A stretch of DNA of 64,000 nt from the NCBI GenBank assembly GCA_021773405.1, contig JAJFKD010000037.1, forward strand, positions 10,382 to 74,381, given 5' to 3'. Both the position numbers and the translations under genes were made by a program. The DNA comes from Porticoccus sp. GTDB lineage: Bacteria > Pseudomonadota > Gammaproteobacteria > Pseudomonadales > Porticoccaceae. The notes beneath the pieces are model-generated. The model saw nothing but the letters and a program-made list of their open reading frames with translations. It was not told the origin of the DNA and ran no database searches. Positions 31,689-40,265 of this stretch are shown here, piece by piece. Numbering within the stretch: position 1 is the first letter of the stretch; each line of letters begins with the position of its first letter.

Positions 31689-32843
31689 TTAGTTAACGTT
31701 AGGCCGAGTTCCCGCGACAGCCATTATCGTTGTCTTCTCACCGCTTCTGAGAACTTCCAGTTTTACCGAATCCCCTGGTGACAGATTGGCGATGAGATTC
31801 ATGCTGCGATCATTGTCTACAACCCAGTAATCATTGATGCGAGTGATAACATCACCGGGTAATAATCCAGCTAAATGAGCGGGGCTTCCTTGGTAGATGT
31901 TGGTAATGACAAGGCCTGAGGGTGGATTGAGCTCAAGTTGAATGGCAGCTTGGCGCTTTAATTGGCTTGCCTCCACGCCCAACCAACCTCTAATAACACG
32001 GCCATGTTTGACGATATCTTCCAGTACCTTGATGGCGGTGTTGCCAGGAATGGCAAAGCCAATTCCAACAGAATAGCCAGTGCGATCAAGAATAGCTGAG
32101 TTAATGCCGAGTAAATTACCGTAGGCATCGACCAGTGCGCCACCAGAGTTGCCAGGGTTTATGGCTGCGTCCGTTTGAATAAAGTTTTCAAAAGTATTTA
32201 GTCCCAAGCCGTTGCGCCCTGTGGCACTGACAATTCCCTGAGATACAGATTGTCCCACGCCAAAGGGATTGCCAATGGCAAGAACTACATCCCCGACGTT
32301 TACTTGGTTTGGATCTCCAAGGCTGATGGGGGTGAGTTGATCCAAGTTGACCTTAAGGACGGCTAGATCTGTTTCGGGATCACGCCCGACAACCTCCACC
32401 ATTGCTTCGCGGCCATCTTGTAGCTGTACAACGATTTCATCTGCTTCATTAACAACATGATTGTTTGTAAGTATGTATCCGTCTGCGCTAATAATGACGC
32501 CTGAACCGAGGGACGATTGCATTCTTTGCTGTTGCGGTAAATTTCTGCTGTTAAAAAAACGTTGAAAAAATGGGTCATCTAATAAAGGGTGGCGAGCACG
32601 AGCTAATTTTTTCTGGGTGTAGATGTTAACGACGGACGGTGAGGCTCGTCTAACAGCTGAGGCGTATGAGGCTGGCCCCGACCATTCGGCGTCAGCTTCT
32701 GGAGATAGGTCAGCAGTTTCCACATCACTGTGGTTGTTAAGCCCTTGGGGAAAAAGAAGTAAAATGACAGCAGCAGCAAGCAGGCCGGTAATTACTGGCC
32801 AGCTCATATAGCGAACTATTCGGTAGAGTGTGGGCACCGACAA
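31689..32843 (-). CDS. degS: Membrane-anchored S1C serine endoprotease with a single PDZ domain (DegS/AlgW type)
   Basis: N-terminal TM helix, a catalytic triad context (TNNHVV, D.., GNSGGAL) and one PDZ domain; 384 aa. Confidence 0.88.
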   Translation of the reverse strand: MSVPTLYRIVRYMSWPVITGLLAAAVILLLFPQGLNNHSDVETADLSPEADAEWSGPASYASAVRRASPSVVNIYTQKKLARARHPLLDDPFFQRFFNSRNLPQQQRMQSSLGSGVIISADGYILTNNHVVNEADEIVVQLQDGREAMVEVVGRDPETDLAVLKVNLDQLTPISLGDPNQVNVGDVVLAIGNPFGVGQSVSQGIVSATGRNGLGLNTFENFIQTDAAINPGNSGGALVDAYGNLLGINSAILDRTGYSVGIGFAIPGNTAIKVLEDIVKHGRVIRGWLGVEASQLKRQAAIQLELNPPSGLVITNIYQGSPAHLAGLLPGDVITRINDYWVVDNDRSMNLIANLSPGDSVKLEVLRSGEKTTIMAVAGTRPNVN

Positions 32844-32975
32844 CTCCTGTTTTTAACTTGTCGCTTTTGTTCTAGAAGATAGCAACACTTTCGGCAGTCA
32901 TTATGGCACAAAGTAAAAAAGTGCAATTTAGGTGCATGCTCTGAGGTGAGTTTGAGAATGCGCTTATGGCGCGGG

Positions 32976-33509
32976 TTAGCTCACTTTTAATGTTGGATCT
33001 TCGTCATCTTCAATAAGGTTGTCGGCATCGTTGGCAACATTGATATTGGCGGTGTTGGCTTTTTGAGGCGTGCTTTGGGGTGAACTATGTGTGTCATCCT
33101 TGAGGCCATACTCTTCACTTAAAATACCGCCGGGAACTTTAGGTGCATAATCTTTGGGTGGCTCTGGTGTTTCACTTGCAATGACGTGATGATTTTCGTT
33201 GCGACCAAAGCCGGCATCAATCATTTGTCGGCTAATCTCTGTATTGGTCAAGCGCATTGCACCTGTTGCTAGATGCTCATGAACATCGCGATAGCTATGA
33301 GAGAGATTGTTCACCAGTTCCGATGTTTTCATGAAGTGCTCGGTGACTTCCTGCTGATAATCTTTTATTTGATCTTGGGATTGCTGAAGCTTCTCTTCTA
33401 GTTCCTTGCGTGCACGTTCCTTGGGGTGAAGAGTTCTGGCCATAACAAAACCAATAACCAGGCCAGCTGCAAGGCATAAGAGTCCGATGAGTAATGTTGA
33501 GTTGGTCAA
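32976..33509 (-). CDS. zapG: Z-ring-associated inner-membrane protein ZapG (YhcB, DUF1043)
   Basis: N-terminal TM helix, a coiled coil and VTEHFMKTSELVNNLSHSYRDVHEHL. It is divergent from zapE, as in E. coli. Confidence 0.85.
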   Translation of the reverse strand: MTNSTLLIGLLCLAAGLVIGFVMARTLHPKERARKELEEKLQQSQDQIKDYQQEVTEHFMKTSELVNNLSHSYRDVHEHLATGAMRLTNTEISRQMIDAGFGRNENHHVIASETPEPPKDYAPKVPGGILSEEYGLKDDTHSSPQSTPQKANTANINVANDADNLIEDDEDPTLKVS

Positions 33510-33870
33510 GCGATGGCTCCGACTAATTTGTATGTTTAAATTGGGTTGTTATGTAGGCAACATAAGGTATCACAAGTCTATAGTCTGAGATATGAGGGTA
33601 GGTTAGGCAACTTTTTTTTGTTTGATGGTGGTTTGGCCGGTGTTTTTTTCCAGATAAGCGGTATTCTTGCGTAGTATTTTTCGGCGAGCTCGGCTTTCAG
33701 GCCCTCTTCTTGATCTCTGGGTTGCGAATATGCAACTGTCTCGCTAAAGTTCTTGCCCTGTTAAATTATGCTCCTTTTATAGGTTTTGGTTGAGAGGGTA
33801 GTTTTTAATTTGCTATTTAATTCAACTGTATAAAATTTGTTTTATCAAACCTAACTGTTTAGTTCAATTT

Positions 33871-35016
33871 ATGTCGATAGAATCATTTATGGAACAACTT
33901 TCTCCCGTACAGCGTTACCAGAAGGATTTGGAGCAAGGTGGATTTAGTTATGATCCAGCTCAAGAGCATGCAGTCAGTTATTTACAGTCACTTTATGAGC
34001 GCCTGATAGATGATGGTGTATCGAGTGCGCCTAAGAGCGGTTTGATGGCAAAGCTGATGGGAAGGCTGGGTGCTAGGCCGCCTGAAGTCGGGCCCATCAA
34101 GGGAGTCTATTTTTGGGGTGGTGTGGGCTGCGGCAAGACTTACTTAATGGATAATTTTTACGAGAGTCTCCCCTTCGAGAAAAAAATGCGAGCGCATTTT
34201 CACCGTTTTATGAGGCGGGTTCACCGTGAGTTAAAGCAGCTTAGGGGTGAAAAAAATCCTTTGGAAAAGGTGGCGGATCGTATTGCTTCTGAGACCAGAG
34301 TTATTTGTTTTGACGAATTTTTTGTATCTGACATTACAGATGCCATGCTGCTTGGTACATTGCTTGAGTTTTTGTTTGAGCGGCGGGTGGCTCTTGTTGC
34401 TACATCAAATATTATTCCTGATGGTCTTTACGAGAACGGGCTGCAGCGCCAACGCTTTTTGCCCACCATTGCATTGTTAAACAAACATACGGATGTGGTG
34501 AATGTGGATGGTGGGACCGATTATCGGTTAAGGGCGTTGGCGCAGGCTGAGCTCTACCATTCTCCCTTGGATGGCGATGCTGATAAAGCGTTGATGTCGG
34601 CATTTGAGGGATTGGCGCCTGCGATGGGTGAGGTGCAAAAATCTGTGGAGCTTGAGATAGAGAATCGACCAGTTCCCTGCCGTTACGTGGCAGAGGATGT
34701 GGTTTGGTTCGATTTTGATGTGATATGTGATATTCCTCGAAGTCAGTATGATTACATTGAGTTAGCGCGAGAGTTTCATGCGGTCTTAGTTGGGGGGGTT
34801 CCCCAGATGGGACGCAAAAATGATGACCAGGCAAGGCGCTTTGTTAATATGGTGGATGAATTTTACGATCGCAATGTGAAGTTAGTCCTCTCTGCAGAGG
34901 TAGATATGCCCTCCTTATATGAGGGAGGTGGTTTGGCGTTTGAGTTTCAACGAACCCAAAGTCGCTTGCTTGAGATGCAATCTCATGAGTATTTGGCTAG
35001 GCCCCATCGTCCATAG
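33871..35016 (+). CDS. zapE: Cell-division AFG1-like ATPase ZapE (YhcM)
   Basis: Walker A GGVGCGKTYLMD and Walker B ICFDEF; 381 aa. Confidence 0.9.
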   Translation: MSIESFMEQLSPVQRYQKDLEQGGFSYDPAQEHAVSYLQSLYERLIDDGVSSAPKSGLMAKLMGRLGARPPEVGPIKGVYFWGGVGCGKTYLMDNFYESLPFEKKMRAHFHRFMRRVHRELKQLRGEKNPLEKVADRIASETRVICFDEFFVSDITDAMLLGTLLEFLFERRVALVATSNIIPDGLYENGLQRQRFLPTIALLNKHTDVVNVDGGTDYRLRALAQAELYHSPLDGDADKALMSAFEGLAPAMGEVQKSVELEIENRPVPCRYVAEDVVWFDFDVICDIPRSQYDYIELAREFHAVLVGGVPQMGRKNDDQARRFVNMVDEFYDRNVKLVLSAEVDMPSLYEGGGLAFEFQRTQSRLLEMQSHEYLARPHRP

Positions 35017-35204
35017 TGCTCAGTAACCAGGGAAGTGTATCTGTTAATGCCCTTTTTTATTAGCAATGACCAGGCGACCGGCAACGTATTGTTTTTAAAA
35101 GGATTTTTTCTTTATGGGTCGAAAAATTTTATCTGTGTTGAGTAGAGGTTGCAGAGTAGAAGGGTTTCTTTGGGTAATTAATAGTTTTTTGATGTAAAAG
35201 CCCC

Positions 35205-35233
35205 TTGAAATGCCTGGGGGCCATCTGTAAAAT
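35205..35233 (+). promoter_or_regulatory. Candidate sigma-70 promoter of rplM-rpsI
   Basis: TTGAAA (35205-35210), a 17-nt spacer, then TAAAAT (35228-35233), about 75 nt upstream of the rplM ATG. Confidence 0.55.
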
Positions 35234-35306
35234 GCGCCCTCCTTTTGGGAAGGCCCAGCTGGGAAGGTCCAAGTTGGCAGCCCCAAAATTTTTCAGGCAG
35301 GAACAA

Positions 35307-35735
35307 ATGAAAACATATAGTGCGAAACCCGAAACTGTCCAGCGCGACTGGTACATTGTTGATGCAGCGGACAAGACGTTGGGTCGATTAGCTGCCGGTA
35401 TTGCTACCCGCCTGCGTGGTAAGCATAAGCCAGAGTACACGCCCCACGTTGATACAGGTGATTACATCGTTGTTGTCAATGTAGACAAAATTCGTGTTAC
35501 GGGTAATAAAGCAAAAGGCAAAATTTATCACAGTCACACCGGTTATCCGGGTGGCCTAAAGTCTATTAGCTTTGAAAAGCTGATGGAGAAAGCTCCTGAG
35601 CGTACCATTCAGAATGCTGTTAAAGGCATGCTGCCAAAGGGTCCTTTGGGGCGCGCAATGTTTAAAAAACTGAAAGTCTATGCAGGTGAAGAGCATCCAC
35701 ATACCGCTCAGCAACCTCAAGACCTGAATATTTAA
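35307..35735 (+). CDS. rplM: 50S ribosomal protein L13
   Basis: [20 protein letters not shown]; 142 aa. The ORF-track 5' extension from 35205 is not coding. Confidence 0.97.
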   Translation: MKTYSAKPETVQRDWYIVDAADKTLGRLAAGIATRLRGKHKPEYTPHVDTGDYIVVVNVDKIRVTGNKAKGKIYHSHTGYPGGLKSISFEKLMEKAPERTIQNAVKGMLPKGPLGRAMFKKLKVYAGEEHPHTAQQPQDLNI

Positions 35736-35749
35736 CGGATAAGCTAATT

Positions 35750-36142
35750 ATGGCAGACGCTCAATATTACGGCACTGGTCGCCGCAAAACTTCATCAGCT
35801 AGAGTTTTTCTAGCAAATGGTGGTGGTAACATTACGGTCAATAACCGCACACTTGATCAGTACTTTGGTCGTGAAGTGGCTCGCATGATTGTGCGTCAGC
35901 CATTAGAGCTGGTTGATGGTACGGAAAAATTTGATCTGAAAATTACTGTAGCCGGTGGCGGCAGTTTTGGTCAGGCAGGCGCTATTCGCCATGGTATTGC
36001 ACGAGCTTTATTGCAGTATGACGAGAGCTTGCGTAGCTCTTTGCGTAAGGCCGGGTTCTTGACCCGTGATGCACGTGAAGTAGAGCGTAAGAAAGTGGGC
36101 TTGCACAAAGCGCGTAAGCGTCCACAGTTCTCGAAACGTTAA
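35750..36142 (+). CDS. rpsI: 30S ribosomal protein S9
   Basis: [16 protein letters not shown] ... [11 protein letters not shown]; 130 aa. Confidence 0.97.
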   Translation: MADAQYYGTGRRKTSSARVFLANGGGNITVNNRTLDQYFGREVARMIVRQPLELVDGTEKFDLKITVAGGGSFGQAGAIRHGIARALLQYDESLRSSLRKAGFLTRDAREVERKKVGLHKARKRPQFSKR

Positions 36143-36161
36143 GTTTGCGAGTAAAACAAAT

Positions 36162-36190
36162 AACCCGGCCAGAAATAGCCGGGTTTTTTT
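36162..36190 (+). terminator. Intrinsic terminator after rpsI
   Basis: AACCCGGC-cagaaata-GCCGGGTT followed by T7. Confidence 0.8.
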
Positions 36191-36334
36191 GTGCCTTTTT
36201 TTTGCCTATATGTCAGTAATGGCCTAATTGTTGCCGCCTTTCACCTTGTAAAAAATGTGGGTTTTCATTACTATTGCACGCCATTTTTACACATAAAAAA
36301 ATTTGCCAACTTTTGCTGTTTACGGGAGAACGTC

Positions 36335-36937
36335 ATGAGTAATGACGGTGTTAACGAGGGGCGTCGTCGCTTCCTCACAGGAGCCACTTGTGTAGTGGGT
36401 GCTGCTGGGGTTGTGGGTGCAGCTGTTCCTTTTGTGGGTTCTTGGAGCCCAAGCGCTAAAGCGAAAGCTGCGGGCGCTCCAGTCAAAGCCAATATTTCTA
36501 ATATTGAGCCAGGTCAGATGGTTACATTTGAGTGGCGTGGTAAGCCAGTCTATGTTGTACGTCGTACGCAAGAGACCATTGATTCTTTAGGGAAGCAGGA
36601 TGAGGTTCTTAGGGATCCTTCTTCAGCTGAGTCCAAGCAGCCTGAATACATTAATGGCGCTCACCGGGCACAGGAAGGTAAAGAAGAGTTCCTGGTTGTT
36701 GTGGGGCTTTGTACCCACCTTGGGTGTGCACCTATGTTTCGACCCGATGTGGGAGCGCAGGATCTGGGAGGCGATGCCTGGTTGGGTGGTTTCTTCTGTC
36801 CATGTCACGGATCTAAGTTTGATCTGGCAGGGCGAGTCTATAAGGGCGTTCCAGCGCCAACTAACCTTGATATTCCTCCATACTCTTATGAGAGTGATGG
36901 TGTCATTGTCATTGGTGTAGATCAGGAGGCCGGCTAA
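36335..36937 (+). CDS. petA: Ubiquinol-cytochrome c reductase Rieske iron-sulfur subunit
   Basis: Tat motif GRRRFLTG and Rieske boxes CTHLGC and CPCHGS. ATG 36335 is the real start; the ORF-track extension from 36191 is spurious. Confidence 0.93.
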   Translation: MSNDGVNEGRRRFLTGATCVVGAAGVVGAAVPFVGSWSPSAKAKAAGAPVKANISNIEPGQMVTFEWRGKPVYVVRRTQETIDSLGKQDEVLRDPSSAESKQPEYINGAHRAQEGKEEFLVVVGLCTHLGCAPMFRPDVGAQDLGGDAWLGGFFCPCHGSKFDLAGRVYKGVPAPTNLDIPPYSYESDGVIVIGVDQEAG

Positions 36938-38970
36938 TGAAGGCGTTGATTGCTATGCGTGATTGGGTAGATAGTCGTCTACCAATTGTACGTGCCTGGA
37001 ATACTCACATGGCTGAGTACTATGCACCGAAAAACTTTAATTTCTGGTACTTCTTTGGCGTATTGTCAATGATCGTACTGGTGATCCAGCTGATCTCCGG
37101 TGTCTGGCTGTTGATGAGCTTTGAGGGTTCATCTGAGAGAGCTTTTGCTTCCGTTGAATACATCATGCGTGATGTCGATTACGGTTGGATCATCCGATAT
37201 ATGCACTCTACAGGTGCATCTGCCTTCTTTGTCGTGGTTTATCTACATATGTTCCGTGGTTTAATCTACGGTTCGTATAAGCCGCCACGCGAGCTGGTGT
37301 GGATCTTTGGTATGACCATTTATGTTGCCCTGATGGCAGAAGCCTTCTTGGGTTATGTATTACCTTGGGGGCAGATGTCTTTCTGGGGTGCACAAGTAAT
37401 TATTTCCTTGTTCGGCGCTATTCCAGTTGTTGGTGAAGATATAGTTCAGTGGGTGCGTGGTGATTACCTGATTTCCGGTATTACTCTGAACCGCTTTATG
37501 TCACTGCACGTTGTCGCTGTACCGATTGTATTGCTGGCGTTAGTCGTACTGCATATTCTGGCTCTACACGAAGTGGGTTCAAACAATCCTGATGGTGTTG
37601 AGATTAAGAAGAACAAAGATGAAAACGGTATTCCTAAAGATGGTATTCCATTCCATCCGTTCTACACCGTTCACGACATTGTCCCCATTGTGGTGTTCCT
37701 GTTCGTGTTCTGTTTCATTATGTTCTTTGTGCCAGAAATGGGCGGCTACTTCTTGGAGTATGCGAACTTTGAAATTGCTAATCCATTAAAAACACCAGAG
37801 CACATTGCACCGGTTTGGTACTTCACTCCGTTCTATTCCATGTTGAGGGCGGTTCCGGATAAGTTTGCTGGCTTCCTGGTAATGGCTGCTGCAATTGCCA
37901 TTATGTTTGTGTTGCCATGGTTAGATCGCAGCCCTGTGAAATCCATGCGTTACAAAGGCACCTTTAGCCGTATTTCGGTATTGGTGTTTGCTGCTGTGTT
38001 CATCATTCTGGGTGTATTAGGTGTGAAATCGCCAACTCCAGAGCGCACATTCTTGGCGCAGGTTTGTACTATTTTGTACTTCTTGTTCTTCTTAGCAATG
38101 CCCATTTGGACCAAGATGGAAACCGCGAAGCCTGAACCCGCGCGGGTGACAATGGATGGTGGCATGGGCTTCTGGAAATCGCTGGTTGCATTGTTTATTG
38201 TTCTATTTTTATGTTGGGCACCATTAAAAGCAGTGGGTGCTGAGTCCGGTTTTGATTGCGGTACAATCCATTGTGATGAGTTCGATGCTGATCCGGGAAA
38301 TAAAGCATCATTACAAAATGGCGCAAAGTTATTTGTGAATTATTGTATGGGTTGCCACTCTGCAAAGTATTCACGCTGGGGGCGGGTTGCTACAGATCTG
38401 AACATTCCCGTTGATTTGGCTCAGGATAACTTGGTTTTGGCTAACCAGAAAATTGGTAGCCTGATGGATATATCCATGCCTGCCGACAAAGCAAAGCAGT
38501 GGTTTGGTGCTGCGCCACCTGATTTGACATTGGTTACTCGTGCACGTCAACCAGAGTGGGTATATACCTATTTGCGTCATTTTTATGCAGACCCTTCTCG
38601 CGCTGTTGGTGTGAACAATAAGGTGTTTAAGGATGTGGGTATGCCCCATGCCATGCTTGATCTTCAAGGTTTGCAAAAATGTGCTCCAGGGCCTGTTTTG
38701 GCTGCTAACGGCGGTATCAAGCGTGATCCATTGACGCGCGAAGAGATCCTAGAAGATGACTGTGGTCGCTATACTATTGCAGAGGAAGGAAAGCTTTCTC
38801 CTGAAGAATACGACCAGGCTGTTTTTGATCTGGTGAACTTTATGGCCTACGTCGCTGACCCTGTGGCTGAAGATCGCAAGCGTATAGGTACTTATGTGCT
38901 ATTGTTCCTTGCCTTCCTGTTTATCTGGGTTTGGCTACTGAATCGTGAATACTGGAAAGATATTCACTGA
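36937..38970 (+). CDS. petB: Cytochrome b fused in frame to cytochrome c1 (petB::petC, fbcH-like); the c1 part starts around 38152
   Basis: A single 677-codon ORF. Residues 1 to about 405 are cytochrome b. These are followed by an internal signal peptide MGFWKSLVALFIVLFLCWAPLKAVGA, then c1 with CMGCH, GAAPPDLTLV, a C-terminal TM helix and REYWKDIH. Confidence 0.85.
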   Translation: MKALIAMRDWVDSRLPIVRAWNTHMAEYYAPKNFNFWYFFGVLSMIVLVIQLISGVWLLMSFEGSSERAFASVEYIMRDVDYGWIIRYMHSTGASAFFVVVYLHMFRGLIYGSYKPPRELVWIFGMTIYVALMAEAFLGYVLPWGQMSFWGAQVIISLFGAIPVVGEDIVQWVRGDYLISGITLNRFMSLHVVAVPIVLLALVVLHILALHEVGSNNPDGVEIKKNKDENGIPKDGIPFHPFYTVHDIVPIVVFLFVFCFIMFFVPEMGGYFLEYANFEIANPLKTPEHIAPVWYFTPFYSMLRAVPDKFAGFLVMAAAIAIMFVLPWLDRSPVKSMRYKGTFSRISVLVFAAVFIILGVLGVKSPTPERTFLAQVCTILYFLFFLAMPIWTKMETAKPEPARVTMDGGMGFWKSLVALFIVLFLCWAPLKAVGAESGFDCGTIHCDEFDADPGNKASLQNGAKLFVNYCMGCHSAKYSRWGRVATDLNIPVDLAQDNLVLANQKIGSLMDISMPADKAKQWFGAAPPDLTLVTRARQPEWVYTYLRHFYADPSRAVGVNNKVFKDVGMPHAMLDLQGLQKCAPGPVLAANGGIKRDPLTREEILEDDCGRYTIAEEGKLSPEEYDQAVFDLVNFMAYVADPVAEDRKRIGTYVLLFLAFLFIWVWLLNREYWKDIH

Positions 38971-38979
38971 TACCTTTTT

Positions 38980-39013
38980 GGGTGGCTGAATAGCAGCCAC
39001 CCTCTTTTATTTC
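38980..39013 (+). terminator. Intrinsic terminator after the bc1 operon
   Basis: GGGTGGCTG-aatag-CAGCCACCC followed by TCTTTTATTT. Confidence 0.75.
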
Positions 39014-39035
39014 TAATTACAGTTGAGGTCTTACT

Positions 39036-39668
39036 ATGGGGGTTGTTGCAAAACGATCATCCATGACATTTTATTCTGATCCAGGTTGTCACTATAGCCA
39101 CCGGGTTAGAATTGTCTTGGCAGAAAAAGGGGTTACGGTTGATATCGAAGATGTCGACGGTAAATCAATTCCAGAAGAAGTGCTGGAGTTAAATCCCTAT
39201 GCTTCATTGCCCACACTGGTAGACCGTGATTTGGCTCTGTATGAAACAAAGGTCATGATGGAATATCTGGATGAGCGTTTTCCCCATCCACCATTGTTGC
39301 CTGTGTACCCTGTTGCACGTGCAATGAGCCGCCAGTTTATGCACCGAATTGAGCGTGATTGCTGTGCCCAGGTGGATAAAATTGTACATTCACCTGAAAG
39401 TAAAACGGCAGAAAAAGCACGCAAGGAGTTGCGTGAAAGTCTGATCAGTATTGCACCAATATTTGCTGATTTGCCTTACTTTATGAATGAAGAATTCACT
39501 CTAGTTGATTGTTGTCTTGGCCCCATTCTATGGCGCTTGGAAAGCTTGGGTATTGAATTGCCAAATAATCGTCAGACTCAGCCGCTTCATGACTATATGG
39601 CACGTTTGTTTGAGCGTGAATCCTTTCAGGAGAGCTTGTCTGAGTTAGAGAGAGAATTACAAGCCTAA
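39036..39668 (+). CDS. sspA: Stringent starvation protein A (GST-like)
   Basis: [24 protein letters not shown]...[11 protein letters not shown]; 210 aa. Confidence 0.93.
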   Translation: MGVVAKRSSMTFYSDPGCHYSHRVRIVLAEKGVTVDIEDVDGKSIPEEVLELNPYASLPTLVDRDLALYETKVMMEYLDERFPHPPLLPVYPVARAMSRQFMHRIERDCCAQVDKIVHSPESKTAEKARKELRESLISIAPIFADLPYFMNEEFTLVDCCLGPILWRLESLGIELPNNRQTQPLHDYMARLFERESFQESLSELERELQA

Positions 39669-39702
39669 AACTACGGGCATAAATTAGCTTACTGAGTTGA
39701 AT

Positions 39703-39732
39703 AAAAAAGGGACATATTAGGTCCCTTTTTTT
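39703..39732 (+). terminator. Intrinsic-terminator-like hairpin between sspA and sspB
   Basis: AAAAAAGGGAC-atattag-GTCCCTTTTTTT. Confidence 0.7.
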
Positions 39733-39816
39733 GTAGAATGCGACTCGGGAAATTAGAGTCTGACGCTTTCAAGTGACTACTCCATGTGCTGAGCTTACGA
39801 TAATGACATCAAGCCT

Positions 39817-40254
39817 ATGACAATGACATCAAACAGACCGTACTTGATACGTGCCTTCTATGACTGGATTGTAGATAACCAGTGCACCCCCTATATGGCG
39901 GTGGATGCTTTTTATCCAGGAGTTGAGGTGCCTCAAGACTATGTCAGTGATGGTCAGATAGTCTTAAACTTGGTACCTAGAGCAATAACCGATTTGGTTA
40001 TGAGTAATGAGGAAGTATCTTTTAGTACCAGATTCGGTGGGGTGCCAAGTGAGATTCGGTTGCCTGTCCAGTCAATTATGGGGATATATGCTCGTGAAAA
40101 TGGTCAGGGCATGATATTTCAGTCAGAAGATTCAAGTGGGCCAGAACCCTCCGGGCCTGCACCGGTCAAATCGGTGTCTAAGACGGATAAACCATCAGGA
40201 AGTGGTGGTTCTGGTGAAACAAGTAAGAAGCCCTCATTGAGAGTGGTTAAGTAG
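39817..40254 (+). CDS. sspB: ClpXP adaptor stringent starvation protein B
   Basis: RPYLIRAFYDWIVDNQCTPYMAVDA, followed by a flexible tail ending in LRVVK (a ClpX-binding type tail). There is an alternative ATG at 39823. Confidence 0.92.
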   Translation: MTMTSNRPYLIRAFYDWIVDNQCTPYMAVDAFYPGVEVPQDYVSDGQIVLNLVPRAITDLVMSNEEVSFSTRFGGVPSEIRLPVQSIMGIYARENGQGMIFQSEDSSGPEPSGPAPVKSVSKTDKPSGSGGSGETSKKPSLRVVK

Positions 40255-40265
40255 AGGTTTCAATT

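Noticed and set aside
33510-33870. Small palindromes in the zapG-zapE divergent region: TTATGT-aggca-ACATAA near 33557, and GTTGC-gaatat-GCAAC near 33721.
   Set aside because: They are short (5-6 bp arms) and expected by chance in AT-rich intergenic DNA. I recognise no regulator motif in them.
35205-35306. A 34-codon 5' extension of rplM in the ORF track.
   Set aside because: L13 universally starts MKT(Y/F)..; the extension covers the promoter and leader.
36191-36334. A 48-codon 5' extension of petA in the ORF track.
   Set aside because: The extension is hydrophobic nonsense and overlaps the rpsI terminator tail. The Tat-signal N-terminus MSNDGVNEGRRRFL starts at ATG 36335.
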